NCBI RefSeq assembly: GCF_003704095.1 | Contig: NW_020846320.1 | Span: forward strand, 1 to 64,000 | DNA length: 64,000 nucleotides | From: Pocillopora damicornis | Lineage: Eukaryota | Direction of reading: 5' to 3' | Part shown: positions 51,549-64,000 of the stretch, piece by piece | How positions within the stretch are numbered: the first letter of the stretch is position 1 | How the letters are laid out: every line of letters begins with the position of its first letter | Notes under the pieces: model-generated | Databases searched by the model: none | What the model was told of the DNA's origin: nothing | Seen by the model: only the letters and a program-made list of their open reading frames with translations | Translations under genes and position numbers: made by a program

Positions 51549-54500
51549 TAATTTTTATAGAATTTCTGTTTTCTTTTTGTTTTTTGTGGCTTTGTTAAAT
51601 CTGTCGATTACCCGTAATTCTCGCAGATGGGCTCCTGGCGCTTCGAATCAGAAGATTTTATAATGACAGTATTGCGCATGTAATGAAAGATTTACATCAA
51701 CTACCGAGCAAATAAATCAAAGCGTATAATGCGTGAGTCAAAGATTTTGAAAAGCAATTTAATTGAAATACGAAGAAGAAAGCGTTTCGACTTTTCGATT
51801 ATGTTTTTAGCATCATCATCGAGAAAATTGGAGTTTGAGTCAGGCGAAAATTATGAAATAGTTCGGGCTTAATGTTAGCTAATGCAAATGTTGTCTATAA
51901 AAAACTTGCGGCCATTGTCATCGTGCTGAGTGATTTCAATCAGCTCTACACACTGATATTCTAGTTAGGTCTATATTTCTCACTTTTCGTTTCTTAAAAG
52001 AACTTTTCTGAATGATGACATTAGTGAAAACAACAAAGCTATTTTTATTTAGATTGTGAGTTTAGTTTAAAACAATGATTGCGATTTCCAAGTAATGACA
52101 AGAGAGATTAATAGCTCATTATTTTCTCTTGGTAATGATTCAAAGTTGCGAAACTGAAAAAGTGGCTCAAAGATCGGAAGCCGAACTTAATTGTTATAAT
52201 TCTTTTAATTTTACATGCGATCAGACTTGGCTGGTCGATTTCCATAAGAAGAGAAATAGAACCGCGTTTGTACTAAGTGCAAATACATTTTAGGGTAAAA
52301 CAGCTTACAAAGAAAGTGTGGCGGCCATAATTATTTGAAGATTGGGACTTCATGATCACTTTCGTTTAATTAAAAGGCAGTTTTATATATTGCTTATTTT
52401 ATATATTGCTAGTTATTTCACGCTCGAACATGTCCACAAATGTGTCCTTGCGCGCGAAGTCGAAGCATTTTTGGATTGTATCTTCTCTTTCGTTTGAGTT
52501 TGTTTTATCGTGAAATTTTCATGCCAATATCTTTCAACCTGGAGATTTTTCTGTGTCGGCGAGCGACTTAGCAAGCTGTAGTTATAACTAATTTTTAATT
52601 TTTAAATGCATGCAGAGAAAATGAAAAGACTTGAACGGATTAGTTTCGTGAGATTTAAGAAGAAATAATTGGTGAATTTTTAAAACCACTTTTAAGCATA
52701 GACCGCTTAATCCATCTTACGCGTTAAATGCATCTTAAGGTGCAAGAAAAAAATTAAAACTCAGATACACCCCACGAAAAGCCTCACCACTTTGATAAAT
52801 ACCTTTTGCAAAGCATAATTATTCGGATATTTGGCGAAGTTTTATTATTCGGATATTTGGCGAAGTTTTTATCAATGTTAAGGGACTTGAAAGCCTTCCG
52901 GCTCTCTTACCGACCATAGTATTGCAAAATTCTGGCACCTTCTCAATATAGGAAAATAAATTTGAGAAACGATGGTCTCACTTAAGTACGCTGAAATTCG
53001 GATCGAGAGATTTTGTGGCTGGGGTCAAACTCCTGTTCTGTTTTTGGGCAGGGCAATATCTTCCTTCTGCGTGCAAATGGACTCTAGACGCAGCAGTTGA
53101 GCAGGAGGGGAGGGGGGTAGGGGAAGGCAGAAACTTGTGATGGACAAACCAATATCTTAGAAGAGTAGCAAGAAACTAGCTTTAGCTTAAGCGAGGCTCT
53201 AAAACTTACTATTCCTGCCAGTCCATCCCTAAAAAAATTATGTTTGATTGTTGCAGTCAACATATCCGTTTCTTTCTATTTTTAAGTACGTTAGTTTAAA
53301 ATGCGTTATTAGCACCGAGCGAACATCAAAAAAACGTCTGCCAAAGTATATTTTGCCACCCACCTAGGTTTTTTTATTATTATTATTATTGTTTGGCTCT
53401 CCAAAATTAGTACGTATGATTAAAAGGATCTCCAGACTTCAAATTACCAACTGCTGTTTTTTGTTACTTGATTAAGGAGCGTGGGGCGATTTTAAAGAGC
53501 CTCCAGCTGCTGAGATTGTAATGATAAAACTTTTGGAGAAAACTGTTTTCCGATTAATCGAGTGCATTGTTGCTTTTGACAATTTAACATTTCTTGCCGC
53601 CACGAAATGTGATAAATTTTTAGGTATAAATAAATGGGCCAGTTGACTGGGCGTAGTTAAATGATATGGGACTTGTTTAGTAAAAAGCGACGCCAAACAG
53701 ATAAAGATGGTACAGGTCACCTCTTTTCAGGTAACAAGAATTCTTCTCCTATGATTCAAGCTGCATAGTTGCGGATACATTATTCACGAAAAAAAATGTA
53801 ATCTCGTCGCGTTTTCGCAGTCGTTATTGAACAAGCATTGTGGTTGAATTTTCGCTAGAGAAGAGTTTTGATAAAGATACCACAACTAAGGAAAGAAGGT
53901 GTTTACAGGTCATGCAGTTAAAGTGCCCGGAATTTCCAACGACCTTCATAACACATTCTATGTACCATATTCGTCGGCTATATTCGCGTTTTTCCTTCCA
54001 AAGGACTTTTCAAGAATCAGTCCTAATCATTAATTTGCCTAGTGCCATGAAGCGATCATCGCATGTTTGGGTCGCGATAAAATCGTCAAATTAGTGAAAT
54101 CGGAAGGCAATTTGTGAGAAATTTAACCTTCAGTTAACCATAGTAATCGATTTGCATGTGCAGATGCTTAAAACTGGTGGGCATGTACAAAAATTGAATC
54201 GCTCCGTTTAGCAGCAAATTCAGCTGCCTGGAATATAGTCGATAACAGAGGGGTAAGGTTCACATAAAAGCGCATTAGTCAAATCGAGCACCGCAAACAG
54301 TTTCTAATCACCGCTGCGTGCTAAAGGTTTTAAATGCTCTTATCATGGGTGCCTCTTTTGGATACTCTCGCTTATTATACGCACTTTCCTGCCGAGTTAA
54401 GGAGATATGTCCAGAAGTGCATGCAGTAACGAAAATGGCGAAAATTCGTCAAAATTGTCAAATCTGCCAAGCTGACTTCACTTAGACGGATTTGACTAAA

Positions 54501-55344
54501 ATTCGTCAACATCGTCAACTCCGCTAAGCTGATTTCGCTGAGGCTGAAAATTTTTTCTTATCTGCGTTCTTAAAATCATATCTAATTCATCTAAATGAGA
54601 CATATTTCACTGGAAATTGAACAAAAAATAGGTAGGGACTTCTAGGGACTTCTTCATGGCTAAGAAAAGGCAAGACTTTACCAGACTTCTCAAGGGTAAT
54701 ATAAAGTCGAGGTTAAACATTATTATGTAATTTAGTATTCTATTTTCCTTCCACATAAAAACAATCTTTGTGAACTAAGCCTTGGGTGTTTTGTCAACAT
54801 TTCCTAAAATTATCGTTCATTATTATATGGCAAGGAAGTCCCGAGGTAGATCCGAGCCTTCTGATTGTTTCTTAATTAGTCGGTATTTTGCCATTCGGAA
54901 CGTTCCACGGAAATGGTCATTAGCCTTATATTTTTTGTCTACGAAAGCAAGCAAATTAAAACGGTGAAAACCATTTGCGTTTACCTTTTGTGTTTACCTT
55001 CACAAGTCAAATGTGAAGCACAGTAAAACATTTTCAACGATGAGATAATTTTCCGAACTACCGTATTTTCCCGATTACCTATCAGTCCCTGACGTTAAAC
55101 AAGTAGTCCGTGGTTCGTTCAGTTCAAACTTGTGTCCACTAAAATTGGTTTTTATAGCCAATCTCAGATAGCCATAAATTATCTTAACACATGTAAGAGG
55201 TTCAAGACTATGCATACCTTAGATAAAATGCTTAGGGAGCTTCAACGCTTCAACGGTACATCTAAAACGTCAAACTTACTTCATTTTAGGATGGACATGT
55301 AAGAACCATTTCTTTCCTATTTTTTTAGGATTAAGCGAGCTAAC

Positions 55345-56334
55345 ATGGAGCCAAACTTGACTACAAATGACACACAGTACGAAGCGTTGCAAGAGGGGCG
55401 ACCGTGCTTCATCTCTGAATTTCCACGTTCTGTCCAATCCCAATTTAGTCATTATTCTAGCTTGGTGCTTACCCCTGCCACAACCATATTAGGTCTGTGG
55501 TGTTTCCTGTCAAACGGGTTGGTCCTGGTCACAATTCTGAGGGGTGGACTTCGATTCCGCCCGGGGTTTCTGTATCTTTGCAGCTTGACGTTGACTGACG
55601 TTCTGTGGGGTGGGGTAGTAACACCGTTGTACATTAGATTCAGAATCGAGGAGCTGATCGCCGGTGAAGCGTGTTTCAATCGCAGTGATTGGGACTCGCC
55701 TGTTATGGTGGTTTCTTTCTTTTTATGCCTGTTTGCTATGGTGGGAACCCTTGGAGTCATGAGTGTGGATAGATACTTAGCCGTCATTAAACCATGGTGG
55801 TACAAAGCTGCCATGAAGATGCAGTACGCCATTACTGCTTCTTTTGCGGTGTGGGTGACGTCCATTTTTTTAGTTGTTCTGAGGCAGGTAAAGTTGTTTC
55901 CTAGGAGGGTTGTTGAGACATTTGAAGGCGGATACGTCATTTGCTTCTCCACGATTGTAATTGCCATCCAGTTGTGTACTCTGGCTGCTCTCCGCAAGCA
56001 CAACAATGCCGTTGCACAGAAAATGGAAGAAAGCTCTCGGGTGAATCCAAATTTAGCTTCTCAAGAAATCGAACGGCAGTTGGCGGCGACTACTCGTCAC
56101 GTGGTTAGTCTTCTGGGGTTATGCATCATACCTATTGCCATTTTAGTGGGTTTATCAAACGTACTTCAAAGGGAATTCGTTCTATTTGTAGAGCCCTTTT
56201 ACTTTCCAGTGGCAAGTCTTTGTTCGAGTATGAATCCTGTGCTGTACTACAAAGGAAATTCAGTCATAAGAGAGGGAATCAAAAAACTCGTTAATTGTCA
56301 CAGTCTTAAGTGTTTTGATTCGCAGAACGAGTAA
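55345..56334 (+). CDS. Intronless class A (rhodopsin-like) orphan GPCR, 329 aa
   Basis: Seven hydrophobic segments, an N-terminal N-glycosylation sequon (NLT), SN in TM1, LxxxD (SLTLTD) in TM2, DRY, W in TM4, CxxP (CIIP) in TM6 and NPVLY in TM7. Confidence 0.92.
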   Translation: MEPNLTTNDTQYEALQEGRPCFISEFPRSVQSQFSHYSSLVLTPATTILGLWCFLSNGLVLVTILRGGLRFRPGFLYLCSLTLTDVLWGGVVTPLYIRFRIEELIAGEACFNRSDWDSPVMVVSFFLCLFAMVGTLGVMSVDRYLAVIKPWWYKAAMKMQYAITASFAVWVTSIFLVVLRQVKLFPRRVVETFEGGYVICFSTIVIAIQLCTLAALRKHNNAVAQKMEESSRVNPNLASQEIERQLAATTRHVVSLLGLCIIPIAILVGLSNVLQREFVLFVEPFYFPVASLCSSMNPVLYYKGNSVIREGIKKLVNCHSLKCFDSQNE

Positions 56335-58908
56335 TAAGTAAACCTTGACATTCTTCTCTCAAATAATTGGTTTCGAATGTTTGAAACATTCGTTTGTTAT
56401 TTCTTCGAACGTTTTCTAACGCAACTCGCTAAATATCCCGGCGTATTATAGGTTGAACTGTCGGATATGGAGTTCATATTCACTGAGCCTGATGTGAATG
56501 ATTGTCTTTGTATAATTGCACAAAAACTTTTGCGGGATTCTTTGACAAACCCGTTTATGTTAAAACTATGTGTAAATAAAGAAGGCAGTGTGCATATATC
56601 TTACAAAATTTTTGATCACTCGTATCGAGATAAACAACCAGTTTCCATAATCAATCTAATCAGCAAAAACTTCTTATCTTACTTTTGAAAAGTGTTCCAC
56701 AAAACCTGTTGGATTCTGTGCTCTTCGAAATTGAATTTCTTCTATCGTGTTTATCACTTCCTCGGTAATTTTGACAAAATGCAAAGCAGCTATTTTATCA
56801 CCCCTACTATAATCACCTCACGAGATATAATGCAAACCGCGACTAATCACAGCGCGAGAATCTATTTTATCCACCGCATGGAACCTGGAAGCGATTGATT
56901 GAAATTAGAACATGCACGACTCCTTAATGCCGCGTTCGTCGGCGCATGTACTTAAGTTTGCTGACATATATCTGCCTTAGCTTCTCATTGGCTCTTTGGT
57001 TTCTAGATTTGTTCTAAATTGCCGTTTAAATTATTTTGGTTTAAGTTTAACGACACTTCAACATACTGTACAGCTAAACAGGGCAATAACTTTACCAAAA
57101 GTTACCGTCAAATGAGAGCTTTATTAGATGTTAGAAAATGTAAAAACAATGTAATAAATTACCGTAAATAATGCTATCTAAATAAAGAAAAACTTTCACT
57201 TCGATTTCAATATTTAACTTGACTTTCTTTCATATAACATAACAAATACTAGCGACTAGTCATGTGACGTTCTTGGTTAATCCATTTCTTGAAAGTGTTG
57301 ATCACCTGTCAAAAAACTGTTACATTTCAACGATAACACGTTTTTTCTCAGTGTTTTGGTTAATAGAATTTTAAGCAATCCACATCAGATGGCANNNNNN
57401 NNNNNNNNNNNNNNNNNNNNNNNNNNNNNNNNNNNNNNNNNNNNNNNNNNNNNNNNNNNNNNNNNNNNNNNNNNNNNNNNNNNNNNNNNNNNNNNNNNNN
57501 NNNNNNNNNNNNNNNNNNNNNNNNNNNNNNNNNNNNNNNNNNNNNNNNNNNNNNNNNNNNNNNNNNNNNNNNNNNNNNNNNNNNNNNNNNNNNNNNNNNN
57601 NNNNNNNNNNNNNNNNNNNNNNNNNNNNNNNNNNNNNNNNNNNNNNNNNNNNNNNNNNNNNNNNNNNNNNNNNNNNNNNNNNNNNNNNNNNNNNNNNNNN
57701 NNNNNNNNNNNNNNNNNNNNNNNNNNNNNNNNNNNNNNNNNNNNNNNNNNNNNNNNNNNNNNNNNNNNNNNNNNNNNNNNNNNNNNNNNNNNNNNNNNNN
57801 NNNNNNNNNNNNNNNNNNNNAGTACTTTGCTGCAATCATCCAGCGAGAGAACAGAATTAACAACACCGCAAATTAAAAACAGAGAGACTGTCAATGAAAA
57901 GACCTCAGACCTACCTCAGGATCAATCTCCTCTNNNNNNNNNNNNNNNNNNNNNNNNNNNNNNNNNNNNNNNNNNNNNNNNNNNNNNNNNNNNNNNNNNN
58001 NNNNNNNNNNNNNNNNNNNNNNNNNNNNNNNNNCAATCACCCCCGGGTTCCATGCGGTGGATAAAATAGATTCTCGCGCTCTGATTAGTCGTGGTTTGCG
58101 TCATATCTCGCGAGGTGATTGTAGCAGGGGTGATAAAATGGCTGCCTTGCATTATGTCGGCAAAGTTACCGAGGAAGTGATAAACGCGATAGGAGAAATT
58201 TAATTTCTAAGAGNNNNNNNNNNNNNNNNNNNNNNNNNNNNNNNNNNNNNNNNNNNNNNNNNNNNNNNNNNNNNNNNNNNNNNNNNNNNNNNNNNNNNNN
58301 NNNNNNNNNNNNNNNNNNNNNNNNNNNNNNNNNNNNNNNNNNNNNNNNNNNNNNNNNNNNNNNNNNNNNNNNNNNNNNNNNNNNNNNNNNNNNNNNNNNN
58401 NNNNNNNNNNNNNNNNNNNNNNNNNNNNNNNNNNNNNNNNNNNNNNNNNNNNNNNNNNNNNNNNNNNNNNNNNNNNNNNNNNNNNNNNNNNNNNNNNNNN
58501 NNNNNNNNNNNNNNNNNNNNNNNNNNNNNNNNNNNNNNNNNNNNNNNNNNNNNNNNNNNNNNNNNNNNNNNNNNNNNNNNNNNNNNNNNNNNNNNNNNNN
58601 NNNNNNNNNNNNNNNNNNNNNNNNNNNNNNNNNNNNNNNNNNNNNNNNNNNNNNNNNNNNNNNNNNNNNNNNNNNNNNNNNNNNNNNNNNNNNNNNNNNN
58701 NNNNNNNNNNNNNNNNNNNNNNNNNNNNNNNNNNNNNNNNNNNNNNNNNNNNNNNNNNNNNNNNNNNNNNNNNNNNNNNNNNNNNNNNNNNNNNNNNNNN
58801 NNNNNNNNNNNNNNNNNNNNNNNNNNNNNNNNNNNNNNNNNNNNNNNNNNNNNNNNNNNNNNNNNNNNNNNNNNNNNNNNNNNNNNNNNNNNNNNNNNNN
58901 NNNNNNNC

Positions 58909-59395
58909 CTGCGAATCAAAACACTTAAGACTGTGACAGTTAACGAGTTTTTTGATTCTCTCCCTTATGACTGAATTTCCTTTGTAGTACAACACAGGCA
59001 TTGTTGTGCTTGCGGAGAGCAGCCAGAGTACACAACTGGATNNNNNNNNNNNNNNNNNNNNNNNNNNNNNNNNNNNNNNNNNNNNNNNNNNNNNNNNNNN
59101 NNNNNNNNNNNNNNNNNNNNNNNNNNNNNNNNNNNNNNNNNNNNNNNNNNNNNNNNNNNNNNNNNNNNNNNNNNNNNNNNNNNNNNNNNNNNNNNNNNNN
59201 NNNNNNNNNNNNNNNNNNNNNNNNNNNNNNNNNNNNNNNNACCACCATGGTTTAATGACGGCTAAATATCTATCCACACTCATGACTCGAAGGGTTCCCA
59301 CCATAGCAAAAAGGCATAAAAAGAAAGAAACCACCATGACAGGCGAGTCCCAATCACTGCGATTGAAACACGCTTCACCGGCGATCAGCTCCGCG
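58909..59395 (-). pseudogene. Inverted, internally deleted duplicate of the adjacent GPCR (seen only as fragments between gaps)
   Basis: 59241-59395 is a near-identical reverse copy of ~55648-55801. 58909-59041 joins aacaatgcc (56010) directly to tgtg.tgtactac (56238), a 227-nt frameshifting deletion. The 3' flank is also duplicated (58034-58213 vs ~56720-56899). Confidence 0.75.
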
Positions 59396-61450
59396 NNNNN
59401 NNNNNNNNNNNNNNNNNNNNNNNNNNNNNNNNNNNNNNNNNNNNNNNNNNNNNNNNNNNNNNNNNNNNNNNNNNNNNNNNNNNNNNNNNNNNNNNGTAAC
59501 ACGAAATATGTTTGGAAAGAGCAATCGAGTGCTAGCGATGTCAGTGACACCTAAACGGTGTTATCAGGTGAAAACAGAAGGAGACACGAAAAGTCACGAA
59601 GAGTCCCCTCAACAACCTTCACCAAAAATCGAGGGCAGGTCGGTTGAGTGAAGCATATAGACACTTCGAGCCATAGAAAGATAGATTTACACGCCAGTGA
59701 TTATCTTCATACCCTTCTTCGACTGTAAAAAAAAAATATTAAAAAGCGCGATGCATAAAAACATGGAGACTACTTTCAATGTTTCAAATAACATTAGCCA
59801 TGATGTACTATATAGGCAAACTTTGCATAGAATGATAGAATGATTACGTATCTCAAAAAAAGTGCGATAACTCATCACGTATAAAAAAGAAGAAAAACCA
59901 TTTGAGCACCGCAAGAGTTTGGAGATAACCATGTGCATGTCAGCCAAAAAACCTAATTGTCAATTCATTGCTAGTAGTGGATTCACGGCTAAACTCAACT
60001 GTATCAGGAAAGGTTTTTCTTCAGTTTGTGTCATGATTTCTTTCCTTTTGAACCTTAAAAGAAATTGCCGACATCGTAAAGAATGACGAAACAGCCGGTG
60101 ACATATGGCCTTTGTGAAACAGTGTGCAAATAAGAGTCTCAATAAAATTCAAAGCGCTTTTTATCACATAAATTCAAATTTAAGCACAATCGAAAACAGT
60201 TCGAAGTAAACTTGCAATTGAACAATATACTGACCCACATTGATAACTGCGTTGATAATCCGTCGACTATAATATTTCGAAGAAACATTAAAGTTACACT
60301 TCGTTTGTAAAATGGTTGATTTCCTTTATGTGACAGATGTTTTCACTTTTGTCAAAGAAAAAACAGCAATTCTGAGAAAAGGAATGTCGTGGAGAAATAT
60401 CAAGTTTTTCACGGAAGATGTTCGTCAGGTTTGTGTTATCCGACCAAATCATTCTTGTGATGAAGCTGATTTTTAATTCATAAATATTCTATTGCACTTT
60501 GGCAATACATCATTTGTGATTGGCATACTTACTTAATACTTCACCACATTTGACACCGTCATTTGAATTTGATAATGCTTTCTTTGCTGTTGGGAAAAGA
60601 CCGCCTATTTACTTTCTAAAAAAATTATGAAACACAGAGAGGAATCCTGGGTCAACTACCTTTCCATCTAAAGTTACAGGTTTCATAAAACCAATACGGC
60701 ATGTGACATGAACTCGCTGGCAGCAGATTCAAACAAAAAACCCTAACCTTACCAAACTTTTGACAACCTTTAAGAAGCTTGCAAAAAAAACTGTCGATCT
60801 GTAAATGAATCTGTAGGTAATATCGATTAAGTGAGATTGATCACCGTTTTTATGCGATAGCACCAAGGTTTTGTACAGTTTGCTGTTTTTAGCTCATTCA
60901 TGCTGAAAACGATGAATGATGTATCGTGATAGAGCAGATGTTGACGGAAGTTGTATTCCGTGGAAGGAAGTTGTATTGTGGACCGAGAACGGAAGTAGTC
61001 TCGCATGCTACCCCTTCCCAATTAGTGAAAGTCAAAATTAATTTCGATGAAGCTCCGAAACTCACGTGGAAAGGAATAAAATGATTATATGGTTTAATAA
61101 AAATAATAACCTCAAATCACATGTCCGAACTTCTTAAAATGCAACTTGAATCGAGAAGCCGAAATGTTCACATCTAGGGGACCCGTAGCGGGTTCATTTC
61201 AACACATGCTGTGACCACGCGAAAGAGCATCAAAGGTCGCCATATTGGTAAGCCGCGCATTTGCGTTCGTCTTCAATTAGTATAAAGTAATTATTGCAAT
61301 ATCATTGTACTTTTCCTCGTGAGCTCTTCAACATACATTCCACATTGCAATCATAGCGGCCAAGATAGTCTCACTAGAATTTTTTTTTGAGCTCCCACAT
61401 TTCGGTCCGGACTTGAGGCTCGCTCGAACAAAAACAGCAACACCAATCCG

Positions 61451-61525
61451 GTCAGTACAAAATGCAGACTGCAGACCGGGTACAAAATACAGACTGCAGA
61501 CTGGGTAAAAAAATGCAAACTGAGA
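61451..61525 (+). repeat. 25-bp tandem repeat, about 3 units (gtacaaaatgcagactgcagaccgg), probably a transposon subterminal repeat
   Basis: The units are directly visible in the sequence. Confidence 0.65.
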
Positions 61526-62390
61526 ATTTATACTGTTTTTTCGTCAGATACGTGGATAACATGTCATTTCATAACTTACCGAGAGTCACGCAATCGCTTT
61601 TCCGCGATCATCTTTCACGATTATTTGCACTATCTTGGAGTATTCCTTGCCCGTTTCTTGATCAACATCGTTCTTAATGTAATTTCAAGCCCTCATATAG
61701 TCTTCTCACTTTGCGCGCAAGTTAGTTGCTGAGATGTCGGTACAGAATTTACTAACTTAATAAAAGTAGATGTAGATGGAGATGTAAAGGAGATGTCACT
61801 ATTGAATATTCGATACGCGCAATATTCGTGAACAATTCAGTGACAGCTTTACACGTGGTACGAACGTTTCATCGTTTTAACCGATATGTGTTCATTTTGT
61901 TGACAAAAATGCAGACCGAGACCAAAACTGTTCCTTCGACTTGATATATTTTAAAACTTTCAGGGGTGTACACACACTGATTTTTCCATATGTGCCCTAT
62001 ACTGTTATTGGCTTAGTACATCAGGAACCAGCGAATTTTTATAAGGGAAAAGCGAGAAGGTTGCTTTCGTGACTAGCCATTTGTTTACTTTTCTAGTGGT
62101 TTTATCCCTCGTGTGTTTGGTGACTACACAAACTCACACACCAACAAAAAGGACACTGTCTGCTTAATGACCTCGGCCCATCCTACCTCCAGCCCACACA
62201 ACCTTTTTTCCAATTCTCATCACGACGAATGCACAAGTTTTTTTGATCACACAACTGCCCAAAATAAGAGAGAGTTTATTCCAAAAGTCTNNNNNNNNNN
62301 NNNNNNNNNNNNNNNNNNNNNNNNNNNNNNNNNNNNNNNNNNNNNNNNNNNNNNNNNNNNNNNNNNNNNNNNNNNNNNNNNNNNNNNNNN

Positions 62391-62634
62391 TCTAAATACA
62401 AGTTGTTTGTCGGAGCTTTCTCGAACTATGGCGGCTGAAACACTAAAAAATCCATATCGTTGACAGACAGTGAATTTCAAACTTTCCCAGAAGGCAAAGA
62501 AAACCAATATACTAAAAGAAAAACCGAAAGTTATGTATTCAGTGGCTTTGGTGTTAGCATTTCTCTCGCCTGAGAATGAAAATCGAAAACTGGAAAATTT
62601 GCCACAGGCCGATTTTGGCCGTTTACCTGAAAGA
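62391..62634 (+). mobile_element. Possible Crypton-like transposon remnant
   Basis: LVLAFLSPENENRKLENLPQADFGRL resembles from memory the N-terminal region of tyrosine-recombinase/DUF3504 elements. It is flanked by gaps. Confidence 0.3.
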
Positions 62635-64000
62635 NNNNNNNNNNNNNNNNNNNNNNNNNNNNNNNNNNNNNNNNNNNNNNNNNNNNNNNNNNNNNNNNNN
62701 NNNNNNNNNNNNNNNNNNNNNNNNNNNNNNNNNNNNNNNNNNNNNNNNNNNNNNNNNNNNNNNNNNNNNNNNNNNNNNNNNNNNNNNNNNNNNNNNNNNN
62801 NNNNNNNNNNNNNNNNNNNNNNNNNNNNNNNNNNNNNNNNNNNNNNNNNNNNNNNNNNNNNNNNNNNNNNNNNNNNNNNNNNNNNNNNNNNNNNNNNNNN
62901 NNNNNNNNNNNNNNNNNNNNNNNNNNNNNNNNNNNNNNNNNNNNNNNNNNNNNNNNNNNNNNNNNNNNNNNNNNNNNNNNNNNNNNNNNNNNNNNNNNNN
63001 NNNNNNNNNNNNNNNNNNNNNNNNNNNNNTCACTCGTGAGCTATCGAGTTAAAACTCGAAAAAGAAATTGCATATCTACGCGCGCCCATGTATTATTCTT
63101 TATTACTCTGAGATTGTCATCAGTTATGCTCCTTGGGACACTTTTTTTTGCCTTATCGAAGTATTTTTCTCCATCNNNNNNNNNNNNNNNNNNNNNNNNN
63201 NNNNNNNNNNNNNNNNNNNNNNNNNNNNNNNNNNNNNNNNNNNNNNNNNNNNNNNNNNNNNNNNNNNNNNNNNNNNNNNNNNNNNNNNNNNNNNNNNNNN
63301 NNNNNNNNNNNNNNNNNNNNNNNNNNNNNNNNNNNNNNNNNNNNNNNNNNNNNNNNNNNNNNNNNNNNNNNNNNNNNNNNNNNNNNNNNNNNNNNNNNNN
63401 NNNNNNNNNNNNNNNNNNNNNNNNNNNNNNNNNNNNNNNNNNNNNNNNNNNNNNNNNNNNNNNNNNNNNNNNNNNNNNNNNNNNNNNNNNNNNNNNNNNN
63501 NNNNNNNNNNNNNNNNNNNNNNNNNNNNNNNNNNNNNNNNNNNNNNNNNNNNNNNNNNNNNNNNNNNNNNNNNNNNNNNNNNNNNNNNNNNNNNNNNNNN
63601 NNNNNNNNNNNNNNNNNNNNNNNNNNNNNNNNNNNNNNNNNNNNNNNNNNNNNNNNNNNNNNNNNNNNNNNGGACTGATAATTCTTCCGTCTTGGCTGAC
63701 ATGCACCTGATCATCTCGAAACCTTCCCGTGCTCAAGTGTTTATCATCTGTGATGAGTCGTTACTCGTTTTTATGAGATTAGTGCTAGCTGGTGTTTTGC
63801 ATATACATAATCGTCCCTGGCAAGGTGTTCGTGTCTCCCTTGAATGTACCATACCTAATGTTATTTGAAAATTTGCGAGCTGCTTCCTTACCTTTATCCA
63901 TCGCGCTTCTTAACTTTTAAAACGTTGAAGAAATTTGATTACAAGAAACTAAGTAGACTGTGAATCGTTCACGTCTTGGTCGAGGTATCCATGTACCACA

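Noticed and set aside
52818-52870. 28-bp tandem duplication (ttattcggatatttggcgaagtttt x2)
   Set aside because: Simple local duplication with no sign of function.
55452-56006. 184-aa - strand ORF
   Set aside because: Antisense shadow of the GPCR.
57356-63868. Long ORFs in the ORF track
   Set aside because: Artefacts of translating through N gaps.

Overview
AT-rich, intron-rich animal genomic DNA with many N gaps. The gene content and repeat types suggest a cnidarian, probably a stony coral (inference only). The window holds nine protein-coding loci: a TRAF6-like gene (-, stop outside the window), TMEM231 (-), ADAT1 (+), GABARAPL2/Atg8 (-), OTUD6B (+), KARS (-), PQLC1/SLC66A2 (-), RABGGTA (+) and an intronless class A GPCR (+) with a degenerate inverted copy. 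It also has a U4 snRNA gene just upstream of OTUD6B and many MITEs, mostly a ~200-bp TTAA-flanked piggyBac-like family. Most notable: (1) three H/ACA snoRNAs in three consecutive KARS introns, two of them paralogous dual guides whose pockets match conserved LSU rRNA pseudouridine sites; (2) a TMEM231-ADAT1-GABARAPL2-KARS block that mirrors human 16q23.1 with one internal inversion; (3) three U12-type introns, one with an AT start and a non-AG end; (4) a candidate 9-nt microexon in PQLC1; (5) an unexplained structured island in KARS intron 3. Exon borders were read by eye and may be off by a few nt. rRNA sequences and numbering are recalled from memory and need checking.
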